A stretch of DNA of 64,000 nucleotides from Anaerolineae bacterium. Its GTDB lineage: Bacteria > Chloroflexota > Anaerolineae > Fen-1058. The translations under genes and the position numbers were made by a program. This document shows, one piece after another, positions 36,016-44,225 of this stretch (its first letter is position 1; every line of letters starts with the position of its first letter). The stretch covers positions 1,163-65,162 of the forward strand of contig JAXLWI010000011.1 of the NCBI GenBank assembly GCA_046328575.1, in the 5' to 3' direction. A model generated the notes under the pieces. The model saw nothing but the letters and a program-made list of their open reading frames with translations. It searched no databases and was not told the DNA's origin.

Positions 36016-38307
36016 ATGCCTTTCACGCCGCGCTCCGATCAATCTCAACTACTCTCGTTCGTCGAAACCGGCGGACGCATGGGTGTATCGGCGGTGCCAG
36101 GCAGCGGCAAGACGCACATCCTGTCCTACCTCGCCGCGGAGTTGGTGCGCGCCAAGGTGCACGACGACGAAGAAGTCCTCATCGTCACCTTCGCCAACAG
36201 CGCCGTCGATAACTTTGCGCGCCGCATTCGCGAGTTCCTGCAACGCAATGAACGCTCGTTACTGCCCGAAGTCGGCTATCGCGTGCGCACGCTGCACGGC
36301 TTGGCCCACGACATTCTGCGCGAGCGCCCTGCTCTGTTAGGGTTACCCGAAGACTTCGACATCGTCGACGAACGCGTATCCGATCAACTCTTGCGTGACA
36401 TCACGACTAACTGGGTCAAAGCCAATCCGCTGATGTTTGAAGCGTTTGCCGATCCGACACTGGAAGACAATCGGCGCAAGTGGCTAGCGCGTGAGAAATG
36501 GCCCGAACTCGCCCAAGCCATCGCTCGATCGTTCATTCGCCGCGCCAAAGATCGCCAACTCACGCCGAGCGCCGTGCGCGAAGCGCTGCCCGCTTTCGAC
36601 GGCGCGTGGTCGATCGGTGCGATGTGCCTCGACATTTACGATTCATACGAGCGCGGCTTGCGCTATCGCGGCGGCATCGACTTCGACGATCTGATCCGCC
36701 TCGCGTTGACTGGCTTGCAAACCGATCGGCAATTGCTCGATCGCTTGCGCGCCCGCTGGCCGTACATTCTCGAAGACGAAGCGCAAGACTCCAGTTATCT
36801 GCAAGAGCAGATCTTGCGTCTGCTCACCGAACGCGGCAACTGGGTGCGCGTCGGCGATCCTAATCAATCGATCAACACCACGTTCACCACGTCGAGCATT
36901 CGCTTCTTGAATCAATTCCTCACGGAACCAGATGTGCGTGAAGTCCCGATCGTCTATTCGGGCCGATCGACCCAGCGCGTGATCGATCTCGCCAACTACC
37001 TGATCGATTGGACAATCACGGAACACCCTAACCGCGAGGTGCGCGCCAATGCGTTTCGATCGCAACACATCGAACCGGTGCTACCCGGCGAGCCGCAACC
37101 CAACCCGATCGATCTGACCGACTACACGGTGACGTTATACAACGAAGGACTATCGCCAGAACGCGAACTGGATCTCGTCGTAAAATCGATCGGGCGGTGG
37201 CTACCCCAACATTCCGATTGGACTTGCGCGGTTCTCGTTCCCGACAATCAACGCGGCTTCAAAATTAGCGAGGCGCTGGAAGCCGCCGAAATCCCGCACG
37301 ACGATATGCTCCGCAGCACCGCCGATACTCGCGCCGCCGCGAAAGCGTTGGGGCATGTGCTGCGTTATCTCGCCGCGCCGTTGTCCGGCCCACTGCTGGC
37401 GCAAGCCTATCGTGTCATGTGCACGCGCTTCGACGAAGACACTGACGCCGAGGATGATGAATCGCTGGACGCGATGCGCAAAGCCGTGTCGAACGGCCTG
37501 CGCCGCTGCGATAAAGTTGAAGCGTACTTGTGGCCACGGCTTGATCTGGATTGGCTGGCTGATTACAAGCCAGCCCGCGAAGACCCGGCGATCCGATCAG
37601 AGTTACTTGATTTTCGCGCAACGATTACGCGCTGGCTCGAAGCGAGCAACCAACTCCCGATCGATCAATTAGTCCTGACGATCTCGCAAGACCTGTATCA
37701 AACGGTCGATCTGGACAAAGCCGCGCGCGATCTGGCGTTGGCACATAAGTTGGCGGTGGTGCTGCGTCAGATCGCCAACGAACATGGTGAGTATCGATTG
37801 CCTGATCTCGCCGCCGAACTCGATCGGGTGGCGAGCAACCAACAGCGTTTCATCGGCTTTGGCGAAGACGATCTCGGCTTCAAGCCAACGCCGGGGCGTG
37901 TGACCGTCGCCACGATGCACAAAGCCAAAGGGCTGGAATGGGATCGCGTCTACTTACTCGGCGTGAATAACTACGACTTTCCATCGGCGGAAGCGCATGA
38001 TACCTATCGCGGCGAAACGTGGTACATCCGCGACAGGTTGAATCTGGAAGCCGAGGCCGTAGCGCAGGTTGAAGCCGCGGCCAATCACGACGATTATCTA
38101 CTGGGCGTTGCCACGCACAAAGCGCGGCTTGATTACGTGGAAGAGCGCCTGCGGCTGTTGTACGTCGGCATCACTCGTTCCACCCGCGAGCTGATCCTGA
38201 CCTGGAACACCGGCCGCCTTGACAACGCGCCGTCGCAACCCGCCGCGCCATTTCTGGCGCTATATACATTTCTCGAAAACAGAAAGGCCGATGGCGTGAC
38301 ACGATGA
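36016..38307 (+). CDS. UvrD/Rep/PcrA-type SF1 DNA helicase (no nuclease domain)
   Basis: Start moved to the ATG at 36016. Motif I AVPGSGKTH, motif II ILEDEAQDS, motif III GDPNQSI, motifs V/VI ATMHKAKGLEWDRVYL and LLYVGITRSTRELIL. Confidence 0.85.
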   Translation: MPFTPRSDQSQLLSFVETGGRMGVSAVPGSGKTHILSYLAAELVRAKVHDDEEVLIVTFANSAVDNFARRIREFLQRNERSLLPEVGYRVRTLHGLAHDILRERPALLGLPEDFDIVDERVSDQLLRDITTNWVKANPLMFEAFADPTLEDNRRKWLAREKWPELAQAIARSFIRRAKDRQLTPSAVREALPAFDGAWSIGAMCLDIYDSYERGLRYRGGIDFDDLIRLALTGLQTDRQLLDRLRARWPYILEDEAQDSSYLQEQILRLLTERGNWVRVGDPNQSINTTFTTSSIRFLNQFLTEPDVREVPIVYSGRSTQRVIDLANYLIDWTITEHPNREVRANAFRSQHIEPVLPGEPQPNPIDLTDYTVTLYNEGLSPERELDLVVKSIGRWLPQHSDWTCAVLVPDNQRGFKISEALEAAEIPHDDMLRSTADTRAAAKALGHVLRYLAAPLSGPLLAQAYRVMCTRFDEDTDAEDDESLDAMRKAVSNGLRRCDKVEAYLWPRLDLDWLADYKPAREDPAIRSELLDFRATITRWLEASNQLPIDQLVLTISQDLYQTVDLDKAARDLALAHKLAVVLRQIANEHGEYRLPDLAAELDRVASNQQRFIGFGEDDLGFKPTPGRVTVATMHKAKGLEWDRVYLLGVNNYDFPSAEAHDTYRGETWYIRDRLNLEAEAVAQVEAAANHDDYLLGVATHKARLDYVEERLRLLYVGITRSTRELILTWNTGRLDNAPSQPAAPFLALYTFLENRKADGVTR

Positions 38308-38312
38308 AGAGA

Positions 38313-38348
38313 TGACAAGATGATCTCTTAAGAGGCGTCATCTTGTCA
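38313..38348 (+). other. Intercistronic hairpin with TGTCA repeats
   Basis: 11-bp arms tgacaagatga / tcatcttgtca around a ctcttaagag palindrome. cttgtcac, cttgtcat and cctgtcat follow up to 38389. Confidence 0.35.
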
Positions 38349-38397
38349 CCTTGTCATCGTCCGCGCACCGCGCGGCGTCATCCTGTCATAGACAAAA

Positions 38398-39207
38398 GTG
38401 CCACTATCAGCCAACTTCCAATTCTCACAAGCCAGCCTGTCCGACTACGCCGATTGCGCGCGACGGTTTCAACTGCGCTATCTATTGGAACAGGCCTGGC
38501 CAGCCGTCGAAGCCGAACCGATCCTCGAACGCGAACGATTGATGGCGTTGGGGCAACGTTTCCACAAGTTGATTCAACAGCACGCCGAAGGCTTACCCGT
38601 TGAACAACTGACCGCCTCGCTCAACGACGCTGAGCTCATCCGCTGGTGGGATCAGTATCAACGCGCGTTGAGCACGACACTGCGCGATCTGCCCGCCAAT
38701 CGCCGCGCCGAGGTAGCGTTGACCATGCCGATCGCGCAGCGCTACCGTCTTGTCGCGCACTGCGATCTGATCGCCGCCGATGACGATCGCGTGGTCATCG
38801 TCGATTGGAAGACCGAGCATCGACGCGCCACCCGCGAGCAGCTGCTGAATCGCCTGCAAACACGCGTTTATCGCTACGTCGTCACCGAAGTTTTGCAACG
38901 TGCGCCCGGCACTGTCTCGATGATCTACTGGTTTGCCGAATATCCCGATCAGCCTGAAGTGCTGCCATACGACGCCGCGCAGCACGCCGCCGATCATCAA
39001 TACTTCGCAGGGGTAATCGCCGAGATTGAAGCGCGCGCGATGCGGGATGGCGAATGGGACAAGACACCTAACGATCGTAAGTGCGCCTACTGCACTTATC
39101 GCTCGTTGTGCGATCGCGGCACAGTGGCGGGTGTAATTCAGGCCAGTGACGAAGACGATCTTGAAATCGAAGTGCGGCTGGAAGATGTCGATGAAATCGC
39201 GTACTGA
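38398..39207 (+). CDS. PD-(D/E)XK nuclease with Cas4/AddB-type Fe-S cysteines
   Basis: GTG start. N-terminal Cys (YADCARRF). HCDLIA ... VVIVDWKT (D...D-x-K). QTRVYRYV (QxxxY). C-terminal CAYCTYRSLC. Confidence 0.75.
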   Translation: MPLSANFQFSQASLSDYADCARRFQLRYLLEQAWPAVEAEPILERERLMALGQRFHKLIQQHAEGLPVEQLTASLNDAELIRWWDQYQRALSTTLRDLPANRRAEVALTMPIAQRYRLVAHCDLIAADDDRVVIVDWKTEHRRATREQLLNRLQTRVYRYVVTEVLQRAPGTVSMIYWFAEYPDQPEVLPYDAAQHAADHQYFAGVIAEIEARAMRDGEWDKTPNDRKCAYCTYRSLCDRGTVAGVIQASDEDDLEIEVRLEDVDEIAY

Positions 39208-39225
39208 ACGGCTTAGGGGGCTGGT

Positions 39226-40335
39226 ATGCTGAGGGGCATGGGCAACGGCGTGCGTCGCGGCGTCAAACGCGTCGACGCTGAACGTTATCTGTTGTGGATG
39301 CTGCTGAGTTTCGCTGGCTCGGTGGTGCTGACGCGCGTCTATCTTCAACTGACGGGCTTTCCACAGCTCGGCAGCGGCGATTTGCACATCGCGCATCTGT
39401 TGTGGGGTGGTCTGCTGCTTTTCATCGGCGCTTTACTGATGTTGACACTGGCTAACCGTTGGGTGTTTAGGCTGAGTGCCATTCTCAGCGGCGTCGGCGT
39501 CGGTCTGTTCATCGACGAAGTAGGCAAGTTCATCACCAAAACCAACGACTATTTTTATCCGGCGGCCGCGCCGATCATCTATAGTTTCTTCCTGCTGACC
39601 GTGCTGCTCTATTTTCAAGTTCGACGCCACAACGCCCGAGACGCCCGCAGCGAGTTGTACCAAGTCTTTGAATACCTGACCGAAGTCATTGATGAGGATA
39701 TGGACGAAGTTGAGCGTGCCGCGATCGAATCACGTCTGCAGCGTGTGGTCGGCCGCGATATTTATCCAGATCAAGTAAAGCTGGCGTCTGTGCTACTGGA
39801 CTTCATTCGTTCCAGCGATCTGCACGTTGTGCAGCATCCCGTCAATCGCCTGGAACGTTGGTTACTTCAATTGCAGAAATTTGAGGCTAAGTGGATCAAT
39901 CGGCGCTTGGCGCGCGGCGTGATCGTCGTTGGTCTCATCGCATTCGGCGCCCTGGCCGCCATTGATCTAGGCCCGATCGTGCGTGCCATCTTTTCGCCCG
40001 ACTTCGCCACTCAACTGAACAGCGCCATCGTCAGCGCCGGATTGGTCAAGAGCGCCAACGGTCTGCTCTGGTACATTGCGCGCCAAACGCTGGAAGGCAT
40101 TGTTGGCGTGATGTTGTTGACGAGCGCAGGCCTGCTGGCTACCCGACGCGAGCAAGTCGGTTTGACGTTGGGCTATTTCGGCTTGCTGTTGTATCTGTTG
40201 ACCGTGAATTTCTTAATCCTCTATTTCGATCAGTTCACGACGATTCTGGCTACCGTCGCGCAGTTTGGCCTGTTGCTGGCCATGATGCGCTATCGACATC
40301 GCTATTTAACGGCTTCATTGCCCACACATCGCTAA
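39226..40335 (+). CDS. Polytopic membrane protein, unknown function
   Basis: 369 aa with at least 7 hydrophobic helices. No motif recognised. Confidence 0.5.
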   Translation: MLRGMGNGVRRGVKRVDAERYLLWMLLSFAGSVVLTRVYLQLTGFPQLGSGDLHIAHLLWGGLLLFIGALLMLTLANRWVFRLSAILSGVGVGLFIDEVGKFITKTNDYFYPAAAPIIYSFFLLTVLLYFQVRRHNARDARSELYQVFEYLTEVIDEDMDEVERAAIESRLQRVVGRDIYPDQVKLASVLLDFIRSSDLHVVQHPVNRLERWLLQLQKFEAKWINRRLARGVIVVGLIAFGALAAIDLGPIVRAIFSPDFATQLNSAIVSAGLVKSANGLLWYIARQTLEGIVGVMLLTSAGLLATRREQVGLTLGYFGLLLYLLTVNFLILYFDQFTTILATVAQFGLLLAMMRYRHRYLTASLPTHR

Positions 40336-40342
40336 TCCAATC

Positions 40343-42658
40343 ATGTGGCGCTTGCCTCAATCTCTCACGCCAAACCCTGCGCTGACCGCGCTGCTGGGCG
40401 ATCAGCACTTGCTCGCGACATTGTTGACGAAGCGCGGCATTACTACGCCCGAAGCCGCGCTCGGTTTTCTTGATCCCGATCGTTACACGCCTGCACCGCC
40501 CACCGCCCTGCCCGATCTGGAGTTCGCCGCCGATCGGCTGTACCGCGCCATCACGCGTGGCGAATCGATCGCGGTGTGGGGCGACTTCGACGCCGACGGT
40601 CAGACCTCAACCACGCTACTGGTTTCACTGCTGCGCGATTTGCGCGCCAACGTCACTTACTACATCCCGCACCGTCTGACCGAATCGCACGGCATTAAGA
40701 TCGATTCGCTCAATCGCTTACTCGATCAGCACATCAACGTATTGTTAACGTGCGACACCGGCATCTCCGAACATGCCGCGATCGATCACGCCAAGGCGCG
40801 CGGCGTAACGGTGCTGGTCACCGATCATCACGATCTGCCCGACGAGTTGCCGCAAGCCGACGCGTTGATCAATCCGCAACGCTTGCCGCCCGATCACGCG
40901 CTGCGCAACCTGCCCGGAGTCGGCGTGGCGTTCAAACTGGCGCAGCAAGTGCTGCACCTCGCGGGCGAAGATCAACGCGCCGACGACTATCTTGATCTCG
41001 TTGCGCTGGGCATCGTGGCCGACGTGGCTGAGCAGCGCGCCGATACGCGCTACTTGCTGCAGCGCGGCCTCGATCGTTTACGGCGCACCACACGACTCGG
41101 CTTGCAGACCATCATGGAGCTGGCGCAGATCAACACCGCTAACGTTTCGGCCGAAACGATCGGATTTGCGTTAGGCCCGCGCCTCAATGCACTGGGCCGC
41201 CTGGGTGACGCCAACCTCGCCGTTGAATTGTTGACGACGACGAATCTGACGCGAGCGCGCATCCTCGCGTCACAACTGGAAGGGCTGAATAATCAGCGCA
41301 AATTGCTGATGGATCAGATCACATCGGCGGCGCAGGAGATGATTGCCAAAGAGCCGTCGCTGCTTGATTACGCCGCGCTGGTGTTGAGTCAGCCGCACTG
41401 GCACAGCGGCGTCATCGGCCCGGTGGCGAATAGACTTGCCGAACAATATCAAAAGCCAACGGTGATATTGGTCACCAACGACGACGGCTCGGCGCGTGGC
41501 TCGGCGCGCTCGATTGCGGGCGTGGACATCACACGGGCGTTGAAGATGTGCAACGCGCATCTCAACAACGTCGGCGGGCATCCAGGCGCGGCAGGCCTGT
41601 CGCTGCCTGTCGATAACATTCCCGTTTTTCGCGCCGCGCTGTCGAAGGCCGTCGACGCGATCCGCGATCCATCAGTCGAAACTGGCCTCGTCATCGATGC
41701 GGTGCTGCCGTTCGATCAAGTCACGCTCGATGTGGCGCGCGAGATCGAACGCCTCGCACCGTTCGGCGAAGGTAATCCGCCCGTAACGCTGGTCACCCGC
41801 ACGGCGACGATCGAACGCGAGCGCACCTTTGGCCGCAAGCGCGAACATCGCGAAGTGACTGTGGCCGATGCCACCGGCACGCACAACTTGATCTGGTGGC
41901 GCGGCGCAGAGGTCGAATTACCGCAAGGCCCGATCGATGTGGCGTACACGATCAAAAGCACCAATTACCGCGGAGAAGCAACGCTCACGATCGAGTGGGT
42001 GGATTTCCAGATCGCGCCCGTCGAAGTGATCGAAGTTGCACCAGCGATCGGCGTGAGCGCGATCGATTGGCGCGAACGGGCGTTCAACGAGTTGCCAATC
42101 CAACCCGATTGGTTGATCTGGGCCGACGGCGCGCAGAGTGTGCCGTGGCCTAGTGTGCGCCGCTATGATTTGCGTGAAGCAGACACGCTGGTGATCTGGA
42201 GCACACCGTGCGGCTGGCGCGAGATCGAGTATGCCGTACAGCGCGTAAAGCCGAAGACGATTTATCTGTGCAATGCGAACACGCTCGATGACAGACTTGA
42301 GCCATACCTCAAACGCTTGACCGGCCTACTGAAACACGACCTCAATCGACGCGGTGGACAAGTGGATTTGCTGCGATTAGCGGCGGCGCTCAATCAACGG
42401 CTGATCACGGCACGCAAGGGCGTGGAGTGGTTGGAGGCGACCGGGCAGATCGCCATCACCGACTGGGGCGAAGATCGGCTTACGATTGCCGCTAAGAACG
42501 ATCAGGCCGAGAATAGCGATCGGGCTGGAGATGAAGTGCAGTTGTTGTTAGCGGAACTTAAGGTGCTTTTGGCTGAAACCGCCGCCTGGCGCGGACGCTA
42601 TCGCTACTTAAAGATCGAGGATGTGCGCGAGTTGGCGGCGCGTTACCGCCGCGGCTGA
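40343..42658 (+). CDS. recJ: Single-stranded-DNA-specific exonuclease RecJ
   Basis: DHH motifs VWGDFDADGQTS, TCDTG and VTDHH. DHHA1 GGHPGAAG. Extended C-terminal region. Confidence 0.9.
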   Translation: MWRLPQSLTPNPALTALLGDQHLLATLLTKRGITTPEAALGFLDPDRYTPAPPTALPDLEFAADRLYRAITRGESIAVWGDFDADGQTSTTLLVSLLRDLRANVTYYIPHRLTESHGIKIDSLNRLLDQHINVLLTCDTGISEHAAIDHAKARGVTVLVTDHHDLPDELPQADALINPQRLPPDHALRNLPGVGVAFKLAQQVLHLAGEDQRADDYLDLVALGIVADVAEQRADTRYLLQRGLDRLRRTTRLGLQTIMELAQINTANVSAETIGFALGPRLNALGRLGDANLAVELLTTTNLTRARILASQLEGLNNQRKLLMDQITSAAQEMIAKEPSLLDYAALVLSQPHWHSGVIGPVANRLAEQYQKPTVILVTNDDGSARGSARSIAGVDITRALKMCNAHLNNVGGHPGAAGLSLPVDNIPVFRAALSKAVDAIRDPSVETGLVIDAVLPFDQVTLDVAREIERLAPFGEGNPPVTLVTRTATIERERTFGRKREHREVTVADATGTHNLIWWRGAEVELPQGPIDVAYTIKSTNYRGEATLTIEWVDFQIAPVEVIEVAPAIGVSAIDWRERAFNELPIQPDWLIWADGAQSVPWPSVRRYDLREADTLVIWSTPCGWREIEYAVQRVKPKTIYLCNANTLDDRLEPYLKRLTGLLKHDLNRRGGQVDLLRLAAALNQRLITARKGVEWLEATGQIAITDWGEDRLTIAAKNDQAENSDRAGDEVQLLLAELKVLLAETAAWRGRYRYLKIEDVRELAARYRRG

Positions 42659-42667
42659 AGACCACAC

Positions 42668-43321
42668 TCACTTCGAGCGCCGACCGTTGTCACTGTGCGG
42701 GTGTGTTTCATAATAGCGGGTGATGACGCGCTCGATTTCCGTCATCATCGTTTTGCTATAGCGGCGAAGATCGGCAGGATCGGGGGTGCCGATCGCGTAA
42801 TCGAGCAGCAGTCGGGCGCGTTCCAACACATAGATCATGTGGTCGGTCGTCAGCAGTGGATCAATTTCTTCGCGCGGCTGAGTGGGCACTGGCGCCATTT
42901 CGGACGGTGTAACTTCAGGCGCAGACGCGGCTCCAACCGGAATCACGCCCATGGCTTTGGCATCGATGCGCGCCTGATTGCGCACTAACAAGTCGCCCAA
43001 CTCGGCGATCTCGTTACCGGCCAATAACAGAAAAGCATCGGCCCCGGCGGGAATATACTGCCGCTCCATATACGGAATCGCGCTGACGCCGACGATATAT
43101 GAGCGCGGCGCGCGGCGGCGAATTTCGCGGGTGCCGTCGACGCCGTTCATCTTCTTGTCAAAGTTGTTATAGACGACAAACACGGTGTACTCCATCGAAG
43201 ACTCCAGTACGTCTTCGATGCAGCTAAAGGCCCGCACCGTGCCGCCGTTGAGTTTATGCGACACGCCACGCGCCACCACTTCCCGGCGTGGATAGGCACC
43301 GCTGATCAAGGCCACGTTCAT
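42668..43321 (-). CDS. Receiver-like (pseudo-receiver) domain protein with C-terminal helical extension
   Basis: The REC-like pattern VFVVYNNFDKKMNGVDGTREIRR, IVGVSA, GADAFLL lacks the N-terminal acidic pair and the conserved Lys. Low-confidence family call. Confidence 0.35.
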   Translation of the reverse strand: MNVALISGAYPRREVVARGVSHKLNGGTVRAFSCIEDVLESSMEYTVFVVYNNFDKKMNGVDGTREIRRRAPRSYIVGVSAIPYMERQYIPAGADAFLLLAGNEIAELGDLLVRNQARIDAKAMGVIPVGAASAPEVTPSEMAPVPTQPREEIDPLLTTDHMIYVLERARLLLDYAIGTPDPADLRRYSKTMMTEIERVITRYYETHPHSDNGRRSK

Positions 43322-43444
43322 GATAATTTACTCTGATTTGAGAGTACTTCAAGGCCGAGTCAAAGTCAAGTTACACCTTTATTGCAGGGAAATTGCGATT
43401 GTGTCAAAGTCGGGCGCGAAACCCCGGCCAATACAATCTGCCAT

Positions 43445-43473
43445 TTGACTTGTCGCCGTACGCCAAGTAAAAT
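43445..43473 (+). promoter_or_regulatory. Sigma70-type promoter of the CBS-ACT gene
   Basis: TTGACT (43445-43450), 17-nt spacer, TAAAAT (43468-43473). GGAGGA RBS at 43495 and ATG at 43507. Confidence 0.55.
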
Positions 43474-43506
43474 CACTGCACTTCTTGCTCCTCTGGAGGA
43501 ATCGCC

Positions 43507-44154
43507 ATGCTTGTTCGTGATCGAATGTCCGCCCACCCGGTACTCTGCTCGCCCGACACGCCAGTCGCCGAAGCGCTGGACCAGATGAAGAAAGAGCGCA
43601 TTCGCCGCATGCCCGTCGTCGATAAGCACAACAAACTCGTCGGGATAGTGTCTGACAAGGATTTGCTGCAAGCCTCGCCGTCGCCGGCTACCAGCCTTAG
43701 TGTTTGGGAAATTACTTACCTGATGTCGAAAATCAAGGTCAGCGATGTGATGACCAAGAAGGTGATCACCATCAGCGGCGATACGCCCGTAGAAGATGCG
43801 GCCCGCATCATGGTCGACAACAAGATCGGCGGCCTGCCGGTCGTCGACGACAACGGCGCGGTGCTGGGCATCATCACCGAGACCGACATCTTCAAGACGT
43901 TCATCGACATTTTAGGTGCTCGCAAGGCTGGCGTGCGTGTCACCACGTTGGTAACCGATCGCAAGGGGCAATTGGCCAAAATCACGGGCGACATCGCCGC
44001 GGCCGGTGGCAACATCGTGGCGCTGGTCGAATTACCCGGCACCGATCCCTCCAACTACGAAGTAATGTTCAAAGTGATCGATGTCCCGCAAGAGAAACTG
44101 GTCGAAATCTTGAAGCCGTACGTCATTCGCATCACCGATGTGCGGGGCCAGTAA
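43507..44154 (+). CDS. CBS-pair + ACT domain protein (AcuB-like)
   Basis: Two CBS motifs (RRMPVVDKHNKLVGIVSDKDL, GGLPVVDDNGAVLGIITETDI) and a C-terminal ACT-like segment (RVTTLVTDRKGQLAKITGDIAAAGGNI). Confidence 0.8.
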   Translation: MLVRDRMSAHPVLCSPDTPVAEALDQMKKERIRRMPVVDKHNKLVGIVSDKDLLQASPSPATSLSVWEITYLMSKIKVSDVMTKKVITISGDTPVEDAARIMVDNKIGGLPVVDDNGAVLGIITETDIFKTFIDILGARKAGVRVTTLVTDRKGQLAKITGDIAAAGGNIVALVELPGTDPSNYEVMFKVIDVPQEKLVEILKPYVIRITDVRGQ

Positions 44155-44174
44155 GTTCAGCCGATGACCATTCA

Positions 44175-44207
44175 ACACAGCCTCGCCCCACCCCGGCGAG
44201 GCTGTGT
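44175..44207 (+). terminator. Hairpin after the CBS-ACT gene
   Basis: 13-bp stem acacagcctcgcc / ggcgaggctgtgt with a 7-nt loop and no U-tract. Confidence 0.4.
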
Positions 44208-44225
44208 CATGTCTGGGCGGATGAG

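Noticed and set aside
43704-44225. Long N-terminal extension of the GH2 ORF (the track gives an 800-aa ORF from 43704)
   Set aside because: The extension overlaps the well-supported CBS-ACT gene in another frame and has Arg/Gly/His-rich junk composition. A hairpin lies at 44175-44207. A plausible signal-anchor start (MRPMIVAALIGLMAAIVFAV) is at 44226.
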